Made by a program: the position numbers and the translations under genes
Assembly (NCBI RefSeq): GCF_006345805.1
Contig: NC_043011.1
Location: 38,948,464-39,012,463 of the forward strand
Length of the DNA: 64,000 nucleotides
Direction of reading: 5' to 3'
Source of the DNA: Octopus sinensis
Taxonomy: Eukaryota
Notes under the pieces: generated by a model
What the model was told of the DNA's origin: nothing
Database searches by the model: none
Seen by the model: only the letters and a program-made list of their open reading frames with translations
Shown: piece after piece, positions 11,526 to 22,988 of the stretch
Layout of the letters: every line of letters starts with the position of its first letter
Numbering within the stretch: the first letter of the stretch is position 1

Positions 11526-11900
11526 TTGGTCGATATTGTGTATGTTGTCCTCACTGCTGGAATTCAAATTCCAACTGTAGACTTACATGTCGTTAATCAG
11601 CTGTTTACTTTGTTTATGACTAGTATATGTCAGCAGTGTGTGTGTATGTGTATGTGTATCGGTTCATTTGAGCATTGTGCTATGGGCATACGTATCATTT
11701 ACATCATCAACTGCTTGTTTGTAGCAGTGGGCAATTCTGGAGAGAATTATAGTCGTGCTGTTATCTAAAATATTTTTCCTAGTTATTTGTATTTCATGAT
11801 GTGTAATACAGACATAGCGTAGTTGATAAAGCTGTTGGTTTAATGCAGAACAGCCACCTAGAAGATCTGAGTTCAATCTCATGCATGGCACTAAGGTAAT

Positions 11901-12146
11901 GTGGTGTGTGGTTTAGTGTTTAGGGTGTTGGACTCACGATCGTAATATTGTGGTTTCGATTCCTGGACCTGGTGACGCATTTGATTTTGAGCAAAACACT
12001 TCATTTCACATTGCTCCAGTCCTCTCAGCTGGCCAAAATTAATAATCCTGTGGTTGACCAGTGTTCCGTGGATATGAGGGAATATCTATGTCACAGAAAC
12101 TGGGAAACTGGCTCTTGTGAATTGGTTTGACTCAAGAAGGTAACTT
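11901..12146 (+). mobile_element. Family B SINE with CORE-like body + tail X, decayed
   Basis: tRNA head; TTGAGCAAAACACTTCATTTCACATTGCTCCAGTCC resembles the CORE domain; tail aligns to 289-390. Confidence 0.7.
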
Positions 12147-13086
12147 AACCTTTTTTTTTTTCTTACTTTACTAAGGTAATTCACAAAATAAAAATGAACT
12201 GAAGGTAAAAAATGTCACTAAATGTAGTGAGCTGGGTGAGAACAGCGTACCTGCCTTGGATCAGATAATGGGTTAGTTTCGAACTTCTGAAACGATGAGT
12301 GAATTCAACACAAGACACCTGAAGAGGGCTGGAGTATAAAACAGGTGAAATGTAGAGAAAGCAACAATCAAGATGAGGATGCCACCCGGCTATTATAAAC
12401 AGTTTACTCAATTCATTGGATTTACTCGTACTTGTAAATGCATATGGAGATGATGGGGGAGGGTCATACATGGAATATATATGTATGTGTATGTATATGT
12501 GTGTGTGTGTGTGTGTGTGTATGTATATGTATTTTTATGTATTTGAAGGTTTGGAGATGATGTACAGGTATTTTATATCAGAAGAAATGAGGTACTCAGA
12601 AAATTGGATGGTTTATATTTACAGATATTTATTTGTATGTTACATGTTTTTATACATCATATAACTTAGATCATGTATTAGCACTTTCTCTCATTCTAGT
12701 GGGGTTTTCAAATCAAACTAAGTTCCTGTGTGAAAAGTTTTGACCATTTTATAGTGGTATTGAGTTTGTAGTGGTGGGGAGGAATATAAGACAGTACAAG
12801 AGGGTGATGGATGAGGAGAAAGTGAAAGAGAGACAGAGCATGTGTGTGTGTGTGTGTGTGCGTGTGTGTGTGTGTGTGTTTTTGTATTTGGAATGAGTGC
12901 TAAAGAAAAAGAGGGGAAGGAGAGGGAAGAAGAAAAGAATTTTTTTGCTCTGCTGGACAGCATGCTTACTCCAAGGGTCTAAGATCTTGGGGAAAAAGAA
13001 TTTCAGTTTTGACCACTTCATAGTGTTATTGAGTGTGTGGTGGCGGGGGGGGGAGGTAGACCATAAATTATATTTCTTTTTATCAT

Positions 13087-13089
<3 letters not shown>

Positions 13090-13142
<53 letters not shown>
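13090..13142. repeat. (GA)n microsatellite
   Basis: Direct reading. Confidence 0.97.
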
Positions 13143-13144
<2 letters not shown>

Positions 13145-13435
13145 TGTGTTTAATGATGGATGGTCAAATGGTTTTTTGGGTTTAGAGAAGAAGAATTCTT
13201 TTTATGATTGTTTTGTGGAGGTGTGTGTGTGTGGGTGTCTGTGAGTTTGGAGAAGGGAAGAAAGGAGAAGAGGAAAAAAAAAGGGAGGAAGGAGAAATAA
13301 TTGTGTTGTATTTATATGTATATGTATGTATGTATGTATATATATGTGTATGTATGTATATATGTGTATGTATGTCTGTATGTATGTATATATATGTGTA
13401 TGTATGTATATATATGTATGTGTATGTATGCACTT

Positions 13436-14172
13436 GGTTTGTCATCAAGAGAAGCTATTTCTTTTTCTTTTAGTGTTTTAGTAGTTGTAGGTGCAGGCAT
13501 GGCTATGTGGTTATGATGTTTGCTTCTCAACCATATGGTTTCAGGTTCAGTCTCACTGTACAGAACCTGGTGATGGTGGGGGGGCAAGTGTGTTAAGGGT
13601 CATAAAGTTTACAATTTTCATGCTTGTGATTGAGCTTATAAATCATATTGTTGATTGGTAGCTCATTAATAGGTCGATATATGAAGACACATGGCTTAGT
13701 GGTTCCAGTACTTGTCTCACCATCGTAAGATCACGAGTTCAATTCGTGGCAGTAAGTTATATCCTTGAGCAAGACACTTTATTTCACATTGCTCCAGTCC
13801 ATTCAGTTGGTAAAAATGAATTGTACCTGTAATTCAAAGGGGCCAGCCTTGTCACATTCTGTGTCATACTGAATCTCCCTGAGAACTATATAAAGGGTAC
13901 ATGTGTCTGTAGAGTGCTCAGCCACTTACATGTTAATTTTGTGAGCAGGTTGCTCTGTTGATTGGATCAGCTGGAAATCTCATCGTCATAATCAACATCA
14001 TGCCAGGTTGATTTGCAAGTGGTTTGCCATCAAGAGAAGGTATTTCTTTTTCTTTTAGTGTTTTGGTAGTTGTAGGTGCAGGCATGGCTATGTGGTTATG
14101 ATGTTTGTTTCTCAAGCATATGGTTTCAGGTTCACTCTCACTGCACAGAACCAGGTGGGCGGGGGCAAGTGT
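13436..14172 (+). repeat. About 155-bp direct repeat pair (13436-13591 and 14021-14172)
   Basis: Both copies carry the non-SINE flank CATCAAGAGAAG.TATTTCTTTTTCTTTTAGTG followed by the same A-SINE head variant; about 90% identical by eye. Confidence 0.9.
13683..14000 (+). mobile_element. Family B SINE with CORE-like body + tail Y
   Basis: Head ATGGCTTAGTGGTT; CTTGAGCAAGACACTTTATTTCACATTGCTCCAGTCC; tail GTAATTCAAAGGGGCCAGCCTTGTCACA. Confidence 0.75.
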
Positions 14173-14907
14173 CTTCAACTATAAACTCATATGTATTAAT
14201 GGATTAAGACATTCTGAGTGGATTTGGTAGATAGAAACACAAAGAAGCCTGTTGTATATACATACATATATCTACTCTTTTATTTGTTTAAGTAATTTGA
14301 CTGTAGCCATGCTGGAACACCACCTTTAGTCAAGAAAATTGACCTCAGGACTTATTCTCTGTAAGCCTAGTACTTATTCTATCGGTCTCTTTTGCCGAAC
14401 TGCTAAGTGATGCAGACGTAAACACACCAGCATCGGTTGTCAAGTGATGTTGGGCGAGTAGCCACAACATACATTTTTTTCTCTCCTTGTTTTTTCTGTG
14501 TCCCTTTGTGTAGAAGAGTGTAGGCTCGAAACGTAAAATACTTTTTCTATTCCTGAGCATTATACTAATACATCTGTTTGTTTTGTACACCACCTGTCTT
14601 CATCTTTTGTTTTTTTCGTAAACTCTCCCTATATATATATATACATATATACGAAGGGCTTCTTTCAGTTTCCGTCTACCAAATCCACTCACAAGGCTTT
14701 GGTCGGCCCGAGGCTATAGTAGAAAACACTTGCCCAAGGTTCCACGCAGTGGGACTGAAACTGGAACCATGTGGTTGGTAAGCAAGCTATTAGTATTAAT
14801 CATAATTCAACTATAACCCCATATATATTAATAGATTAATACCTTGTGAGTGGATTTGGTAGATAGAAACACAAAATAGCCTGTTGTATATGCTTACATA
14901 TATATTA

Positions 14908-15034
14908 GTATTAATCATAAGGGCACACGAAAATGCCTGCCTGCTTCAAATAAGAGTTAAGACTCACATTTAATGTGAGTTTTAACTCTTATTTCTAGGA
15001 GGCAGGCATATTTGTGTGCCCTTATGATTAATAC
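14908..15034. repeat. 127-bp palindrome (63-bp arms, 1-nt loop), MITE-like
   Basis: 14908-14970 vs reverse complement of 14972-15034 match at 57/63. Confidence 0.92.
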
Positions 15035-15539
15035 AAATTTTAATCCTATAGCTATAGAATACGTTTTTAGGCCTGCAACCACTTATATCATTGTTGGTGT
15101 TATTATCAACCCTCTAACCTATGCCAGCATGGAAAGCAGATGCTAAATGATGATGATGATGGTTGTGACATGGCTTTATATAAGGAATCTTGCAAAATGA
15201 AATAACTAAGACTGCACCCCCAAAACAAGCCATTCTTTTCAGGTCTGCAGAATATTCTAGCCCCAACAATTATTGATAATCTAAGAAGCTCAGAAAGGGG
15301 CCCACACTGGAGTACTGCTCTCATATCTGTGACGGTGCTGTTGCTCGGCATATACAGGCATCTTAGATTGCATCCAGAAAAGGGCCACCTAACTGAAATG
15401 ATTGGCATAAAATCATCTACAAATATGTCCCCTTTTCTGTCTTTCCTATCTTCTATCATTTTCTTGTTTCAGTCATTAGACTGTGGCCATGCTGGGGCAA
15501 CAACTTAATGAATTTTTAGTTGAATGGTCACAAACACAA

Positions 15540-16362
15540 AAGTCATGGCTAAAAGTTTGGAAATATAAAAGTCTGAAAATTACAATTTTTATATTAAATG
15601 CTGAAAGTTATATTTAATTTGCAATATATTAATTACCTGGCCAAAAGTTTGGAACATAGATCTGAGAATTTTTTCTTCAAGGTATTGAAATATTGGATCA
15701 GTTATAAGGTAGGTATATCTCTATGTTCAATACATTTGAATCAAATTGTACTTGGGCATAACAATTTTAATTATTGGGTTGTCTGGAAAGTTCGTGCAGA
15801 TTTTTAAAGGAATGAAAAAGGTCAATAAATACTTGCCATTACATTTTTATCAACCAAATATGAACTATTTTGTTGCACAATGCGTCTCCATCTTTCCTTC
15901 ACCTTGAAAATACCCACTTCCCAGAATCGAGGTGGTTTCATGGCAAAGAATTCATCAAGATATCTTTTTATGTCATCCAAGACATTGAAATTTTTACCAT
16001 TAAGACTATTCTGCAGAGACCTGAATAAGTGGAAATCCGAAGGGGCAATATCTGGTGAATATGGAGGGTGGGGTAACACATCCCAGCTGAGCTGCAGCAA
16101 TTTTTGTCTGGTTCCCAAAGCATCAAGTGCCAAAAATGAACTTTCTTATCTTCCATTTTAAAGGGTTACAGAATTAACACAGGTTATAAGAACATAAAAC
16201 TTCTTCCACACAAACTGTGCTCTAAATGGAGGTGTAGTCAAACCCTATTTTATGGACTCAACCATGTTCTAAAATAAGTTGAAAGGTAAGCTACGATGAA
16301 TCGGCATGAACTTTCCGGATAACCCAATAAAAAAAAAATGTTCCAAACTTTGGCCACGACTG
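15540..16362. mobile_element. Tc1-like MITE (about 270 bp when empty)
   Basis: Left AGTCATGGCTAAAAGTTTGGAAATA; right end revcomp TA-CAGTCGTGGCCAAAGTTTGGAACAT with TA at 16363-16364; internal copy of the motif at about 15639. Confidence 0.7.
15774..16327 (-). mobile_element. Internally deleted mariner (SETMAR/Hsmar-like C-terminus)
   Basis: Minus ORF WDVLPHPPYSPDIAPSDFHLFRSLQNSLNGKNF. 29-bp TIRs match 25/29; TA at 15772-15773 and 16328-16329. Confidence 0.92.
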
Positions 16363-16851
16363 TATACACACACACACATGCACGCACTAGGTTTCTTTCA
16401 GTTCCTATCTACCAAATCCACTAATGAGGCTATGGTCAGCTTGAGGCTGTAGTAGAAGACACTTGCCTGAGGTGCCACGCAGTGGTACTGTACTTGGAAT
16501 TATGTGGTTGGAAAGTAAACTTCTAACCATACAGCCATGTCTGTGCTTATAGAAGTTTGGTTCCTTGAAATTGTCTGGGCTAAATCCATCCCCAGTTGTC
16601 CCTTATTATCTCATCACACCCTAGTGTGTGACCCCTTCGGTTACAAGCTAATAATTATGTTCAGTCTTCTCTTCTCAGGACAGTAACCCTCTTGAATTCC
16701 CTCTCTGCTCATATTGTTTCCACAAATACTATCTTACAAAGGGTTAAGAGAAACAATATAATTGATGCCTTCAATCTCACTGATTTAGGAAGGACCTTCA
16801 AAATCCATGAGCACTGTCCCCTCTTTTCAGCCCTAGCAAATATATACTTTT

Positions 16852-17233
16852 TTCTTTTATTTGTTTCAGTCATTTGACTGCAACCATGCTGGAGCACCAC
16901 CATTAGTCGAACAAAATCAACCCCAGGACTTATTCTTTGTAAGCCTAGTACTTATTCTATCGGCCTCTTTTGCCGAACCGCTAGGTTATGGGGACGTAAG
17001 CACACCAACATCAGTTGTCAAGCGATGATGGGGAGACAAACATATACATACATACATATATATATATTACAATGGGCTTCTTTCAGTTTCCATATACCAA
17101 ATTCACTCACAAGGCTTTGGTTAGCCTGAGGCTATAGTACAAGACACTTGCCCAAGGTGCCACGCAGTGGGACAGAACCCAGAACCATGTGGTTGGTAAG
17201 CAAGACACTTACCACACAGCCACTCATGCACCT
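16852..17233 (-). mobile_element. Family A SINE, full length
   Basis: Revcomp of tail, central tract and head; a second head follows at about 17262-17425 and another copy at about 18435-18690. Confidence 0.85.
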
Positions 17234-17929
17234 GTATGTGTGTGTGTACATATATATATATATGACAGGCTTCTTTCAGTTTCTGTGAACCAAATCCACT
17301 CACAAGGCTTTTGTTGGCCCAAGGCTATAGTAGAATACACTTGCCCAAGATGCCATGCAGTAGGACTGAACCCGGAACCACGTAGTTGGTAAGCAAGCTA
17401 CTTACTACGCAGCCACTCCTACACCTATTTATATATATTTTTTTTCAAATTATATCTTTAGCAAGTTAATTTGAGATTCCTTAACGACAATGTAGCCTAC
17501 ATGCAATTACTGTGCCTTTGCTCTGATGAGAAACTAGCTGAGTACTGCTCATTGAGTAATTCATCACGTCAGAGGACTTGCTAGCTAGGAAACATGTAGC
17601 CTGAATATTACCTGTTCCACTCTCGCAATTTAGATTTTTATTCACATTAACAGGGACTCAAGTTGATAACTGTGAGGTATAAAAAAAATTACCTTCAGCT
17701 TATCTAACTTCAATATATGGGAAAAACCTATCAATTTCGATGCCAATAAATTATTGTCGTTCCTGAACGTTTTTTTTTATACTTACCACTGACTGCTTGA
17801 AACTGACAAGCTTCCTACGCTTAGATTCTTGGATGTTATAATTATATATTGATGTATGTGTATTCCAGCATGGAAGGCAGATGTTAAATGTTCTTGATGA
17901 TGATGATGATGATATATATATATATATAT

Positions 17930-18175
17930 ATGTGTCGGTGGCACATAAAAAACCCCATCCGAGCGTGGCCGTCTGCCAGCCTTGTCTGGCACCTGTGTCA
18001 GTGGCACATGAAATAACCCACTACACTCTCGGAGTGGTTGGCGTTAGGAAGGGCATCCAGCTGTAGAAACACTGCCAGATCTGACTGGCCTGGTGCAGCC
18101 TTCGGGTCCCCAGACCCCAGTTGAACCGTCCAACCCATGCTAGCATGGAAAGCGGACGTTAAACGAACGATGATG

Positions 18176-18178
<3 letters not shown>
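17930..18178 (+). mobile_element. Family D short retroelement ending in (GAT)n
   Basis: GGCGTTAGGAAGGGCATCCAGCTGTAGAAAC...CAACCCATGCTAGCATGGAAAGCGGACGTTAAACG(ATG)n. Other copies near 32065, 34300, 41715, 45330 (+) and 45510, 51250, 52265, 57260 (-). Confidence 0.75.
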
Positions 18179-18206
<28 letters not shown>

Positions 18207-18786
18207 TGCAAAAATTGGTTAGCAATAGGAAAGCTGTAGAAACCATACCAAATCAAGCTGGAATTTGATGCAATTCCCCCAGTTTGCCAGCTCTGGTTAA
18301 ATTGTCCAACCCATGCCAGTAAAGAAAGTGGACATTAAAGGATGATGATGATGTATATAATGTGTGTGTGTATGTGTATTTGTATGTCTGTGTATTATAT
18401 GCATATGCATGTATATTATATATATATATACTCTATTACTTGTTTCAATCATTTGACTGTGGCCATGCTGGAGCACCGCCTTTTAGTTGAGCAAGTTGAC
18501 CCCAGGACTTATTCTTTGTAAGCCTAGTACTTATTCTATTGGTCTCTTTTGCCGAACCGCTAAGTTACAGGGACGTAAACACACCAGCATCGGTTATCAA
18601 GTGATGATGTGGGGGGGGGGGCAAACACAGACACACAAACATATACATATTTATATGACAGGCTTCTTTCAGTTTCCGTCTACCAAATACAGTCATATTC
18701 ATATACACACATATATATATACATATACGTATATACATACATACATATACACATACATACACATATATATACACACACACACACAC

Positions 18787-18823
<37 letters not shown>

Positions 18824-19440
18824 ACATATGTTCATATTTTAAAGAAATACACATTCAAATATTGATTTGTATGTATGCGTGCCTACATACATACATATAC
18901 GCACACACACACATGTGAGGTACATATAAATATTTCATTGATATAATACATCAAACTACATGCATAAATATATGTATAAAATATATACATACACAAAGAC
19001 ACGCACGCACACACACATTCACATAAACGCAAATACTCCCTGCACACATATTCACATAAATAGAAATACACACACACACATACTTATATTAAGATACTTC
19101 AAATATTTTTTTTCCTCTCTTTCAGGACTGAAGCGAATATCAATAACAGCCAATTGAAAAATAAACAGTACATAAAATTCGTACATAAATACGCAAGCAC
19201 GCGTTCCGATTAAGTAGAAAGTAGATCTGATTAAAAGCAGATATTGTAATAAAGCAAAAAACCTAAGCAATGCTAAGCAAAGCCAAGCTACCTTTTAAGC
19301 TGACTACTGCTAAGGCAAACAAATTCTCACACACACATTCATATATGTAAATATATATACAATACACACACACATTCATATATATATTTATATATAAATA
19401 TATACGATATACACACACATATACATGTTCACTTAAACCC

Positions 19441-19518
19441 CGCTCTCTGTTTGTTTCTATATATCTTTTACTCTCTCACTCACTCACTCTCATTGTCGGT
19501 TTGTCTTTTCCTTTTCAG
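19441..19518 (+). promoter_or_regulatory. Splice acceptor (long polypyrimidine tract + CAG) of the first coding exon
   Basis: About 75-nt pyrimidine-rich run ending TTGTCTTTTCCTTTTCAG|TG; AG at 19517-19518. Confidence 0.7.
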
Positions 19519-19611
19519 TGTTTAAGTGGATGGTCTCCCTTTGATTCAAGACGCTCTTCAATACGCTAAAGCATGTTTTCATTCAGTGATGTTGTAGCGT
19601 GGACACACAAG

Positions 19612-20244
19612 ATGGCAGCTTCGGGTATTCTACCGACCTACCAACGCTACATCAACGGAGTTCCTATACCAAATACGAGGCGGATTCTTCGATTCCGCGA
19701 AAAATACATCGTTCTGTTAGTATTTGCTATTTTTGTTACCGTCTGTTTTGGTGGTTTCTTCTTTCTGCCTGAATTACGCGATCGAGTCAATGTAGATACG
19801 TTAGCCAGAGGGGCTCAGCAAATGTTTTTACCCGAACCGTTCGGAGGAACGCATGGCAATGGACATAAACACGGTCATTCACGGCAGAATTCGTTGCATC
19901 AAATTAATAATAATAATAATAATAAAGGTGATTTAACTCAGGGCAACTCGTCACACACGGGAAACCAACAACAGCAGCAACAACTAAAGAACGATGGACT
20001 TAGTGGAGGTGTGAAAGTAAAACTCGAGGAGAGATTAAATATAAGTAAAGACACAGCAGCCGAGTATAAAAAATTAATCAATTTGGACAAAAATAAACTT
20101 CAGGAGAAAATTAAAAAAGCTAAAATCGAGCAGGATAAACGTTTAAAGGAAAACGTTATTTTTGAACACCAAGGCGGTTATGGGGTGCAAGGAGGTGAGC
20201 CGGATGACCCTGTGTACAAAGTTCGACGAGAAAAAGTTAAAGAG
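19612..20244 (+). CDS. MAN1A: Golgi mannosyl-oligosaccharide alpha-1,2-mannosidase (GH47 class I), first coding exon: cytosolic tail, TM anchor, stem
   Basis: RFREKYIVLLVFAIFVTVCFGGFFFLP parallels RLTEKFVLLLVFSAFITLCFGAIFFLP of vertebrate MAN1A1 (recalled). Exon ends GGEPDDPVYKVRREKVKE|GTAGGT, phase 0, just before the expected MMKHAW. ATG 19612 has good context (AAGATGG); an in-frame ATG lies upstream at 19573. Confidence 0.92.
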
Positions 20245-21495
20245 GTAGGTAAATTAATTAATTAATTGATCATTTAAAATTACAAATATATTATACTACA
20301 AACATTTACGATGAGAAGGAAAAAAAAAAAAAATATATATATATACACAAAGGAAAAGAAATCGCAAACACTTAATCTCCTCCACAACATATTATATCTC
20401 TTTACGTTTATTCTAACTTTGCTTAATATACACACACATGTAATTAATTAGCGTTTTAAAAAGAGATGTTTAATTTACTGAGCTATTTTATATGTTATTG
20501 TATTTTGTGTGTGCATGAAGAGAGAATAGGCCTATTGTCAATCTTTTTATTTGACATGCAATAACATTAGTGTGTCTGTATGAATGTGTGTGTCTACATT
20601 TGCGTTTGTGTGTATGTGTGTCTACATCTGCGTTTGTCGATGTGTCTCCTCCACATGTGTATGTATCTGGCCACAAACACACATTGTTACCTGTCTTGTT
20701 TTTAACCAACCGTTATTGTTGTCACTATTTGCTAGAAATAGCAGCCAAGTTCTTTCAACTACACACTACCGTCCGGAAAAAAAAAATGAAAGTCTACAAA
20801 CTGGATGCACTACACTACGTTGTCTTTTATTATTTTGCGAAAAAAAAAAAAAAAAAAGGGAGCAGAACGGGATGGATGGTCACTATAGGAAAGTCATCTA
20901 ATTGAACAATACTTGGGGGTTGAGATAAAAACAAAGTAGTGGTTGGTCTCTCAACCTGTGAATAATAGCAGAAGAGAAAAATATTCCCTACCGCTTTTTA
21001 AAAAGGAGAATTGCGTTTGATATACTCCACATTTGAATAAAAACAAAGCCGTGATGGTCACGCTGGAACGTCTTTTCTGTTAGGGCTAATCTTAGGCTGC
21101 CCCCCCCCCCCACTTCCTTCCGTAAGACATCATTTAAAATTTTACCTATTTTGAACAATATACGTTAAAAAGATTTTTGAAAAAAGTTTCTTTCTTCCTT
21201 ATAATGGATAACTAAAATTTTGTTTGTATGTTGTCGTTCAAGTTGGAGTCTGTAAACTATATTTTTGGTCACCATCATATCGCCATTTCTACCAAACTCT
21301 TTGGCACCGGTCAAAGAATTTTTTTGTTTGGTAAACTCTTGTTTCGAATTGTGCCGTCTCTTCTACCTCTTCTTCTTCGGAAGCTGCTGGTGCCGTTGGG
21401 TCTGCTTGATAATAATGATAAAAAAATGTTAGATCTTGAGTTTCAAATTAATGATATGATAAATATTATTTGAATCTCGTAAAAGTGTAATATGT

Positions 21496-21891
21496 ATTCC
21501 TGTTGAATAGAGTCGGAAATTATCTGGTGCGCCTAAAAAGCTATGATTTCTTCTTGTCTGTATGTTTCAAGCATCGTAAAATAAGAATCTGCAATAATAA
21601 AAAGTGAAAATAAGGAAGGTCGTTGTCCTCATTCAATTCCGTAATTTTTCGGTTTTCTTTTTCAAATTTTTGTTTCAGATATCTGAGATTGATTCTTTAA
21701 AATTATATGGAACATCAATCCGAAAACAATTTTCGAAAAAAAAATATTAGTAAATGAAAGGGGATAGAACCGAACATTTATGGAGATTTAGTTTTCATAT
21801 TCTCAATCTAAGGCACTTAAAACCTACAGATCCGAAAAATTTACAGTTTTTTCGACGCACTAGATAATTCTCGACTCTATTCTACAGGAAT
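21496..21891. mobile_element. Unclassified 396-bp MITE with 47-bp TIRs
   Basis: 21496-21542 vs revcomp of 21845-21891 match at 40/47; TSD ambiguous. Confidence 0.8.
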
Positions 21892-22896
21892 GTCCTCATA
21901 TATATTCACACGTTACGCAGACTTCACTAAAAAACGCACATAGTTCAATAATACACAGCTTACCTATAATACCCACATACCGGTATACTTTCACAAACCC
22001 ATATACATTCATTCGTTCGTTGACGTGTACTTGCGCGCATACATACATACACATTCATTGCACCGCGGCCGACCCTCTTATCGTGTTTCTCAGAGTTCGT
22101 TTAATATAAAAAAAAATTACCTACCGGTCTAGATTTCTATTCGCAGTCTATCTATCTGTTTGAAATAACTCCTTCAGTTTACACTCCCCTTTTTCTGTGT
22201 CTTGTCCCAAATAAGGCATGAGGTCACTGTAGCATAAGTGAACTACAAAAAACGAAAAGAAGGGGGTCCCTACAAATTAATTCAATTTGACAGAAAGCTT
22301 AAAGGACTGAATAGTCATTGTCCAGAGGAAAACAATGACCGTTACGAGGAAGGAAAGAAAGTAAGAAAGAATGGGGAGAAAAAAAAAGAACGATTCACTC
22401 CGTGTATAAATGTACGTACACCTTCGAAGGAAACCCAAAAAGACTAGCCGCCGCCGCAATGCTTTTCATTAACGATTTGCTCCATCTTGGGCTGACCTGA
22501 GGTTAATTAGTAACCTACAATAACCCGGAAGTACTTTGCTCGAGGGTGGGTAGGGTTGTCTAATAGTTTTTATAGGTTTGGTTATTCAAGTAGGACAATA
22601 ATAGTATTTATTCGAAACGTGTGTATACACACACACACAGACACAATATACATACACAGACACAATATACATATACACCCACACGCGCATATTGAATAAT
22701 CGGTAGAAGTTACAGTAACTCAAGGGTCGCTAATTTCGTGCATTGGATAACACTTGGCAAACTCCACCCCTATCAGTTATGAAATGTGTGTGTGTGTCTA
22801 TATTTTGACGAACTCATATTTATATGTGGGTATTTGTTGATGTATCGTTTTTAACCACTGCGTCCATGCTGGGGCATCGCCTTGAAGGGTTTAGTC

Positions 22897-22988
22897 GGGT
22901 GGTTCCCAACCTTTTAAACTACAAAGGACCCCTTTTGTTTAAATGAGTTTTCCGACGGACCTCCTAGTACTACCGTTGGGAACCGCTG
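22897..22988. mobile_element. 92-bp hAT (Charlie-like) MITE inside a family A SINE tail
   Basis: Ends GGGTGGTTCCCAAC / GTTGGGAACCGCTG; 8-bp TSD GTTTAGTC at 22889-22896 and 22989-22996. Confidence 0.85.

Larger units (their letters stand above)
15462..16548 (-). mobile_element. Family A SINE interrupted by DNA elements
   Basis: A tail fragment (revcomp) at 15462-15530 and A head (revcomp) at 16390-16548. Confidence 0.7.
15165..16850 (+). mobile_element. CR1/Jockey-like LINE 3' fragment, split into about 15165-15460 and 16550-16850
   Basis: Left part gives PTLEYCSHICDGA and LDCIQKRAT; right part gives NNYVQSSLLRTVTLLNSLSAHIV...LQRVKRN. These are successive motifs of a CR1-type RT C-terminus. 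Confidence 0.65.

Noticed and set aside
9378-11768. Long ORFs of 160-273 aa ([12 protein letters not shown])
   Set aside because: Translations of TA/TG microsatellites that lack stops by composition; the same applies to similar ORFs at 13.2k, 18.5k, 24.7k, 26k, 27k, 39k, 44.5k, 55k and 59k.
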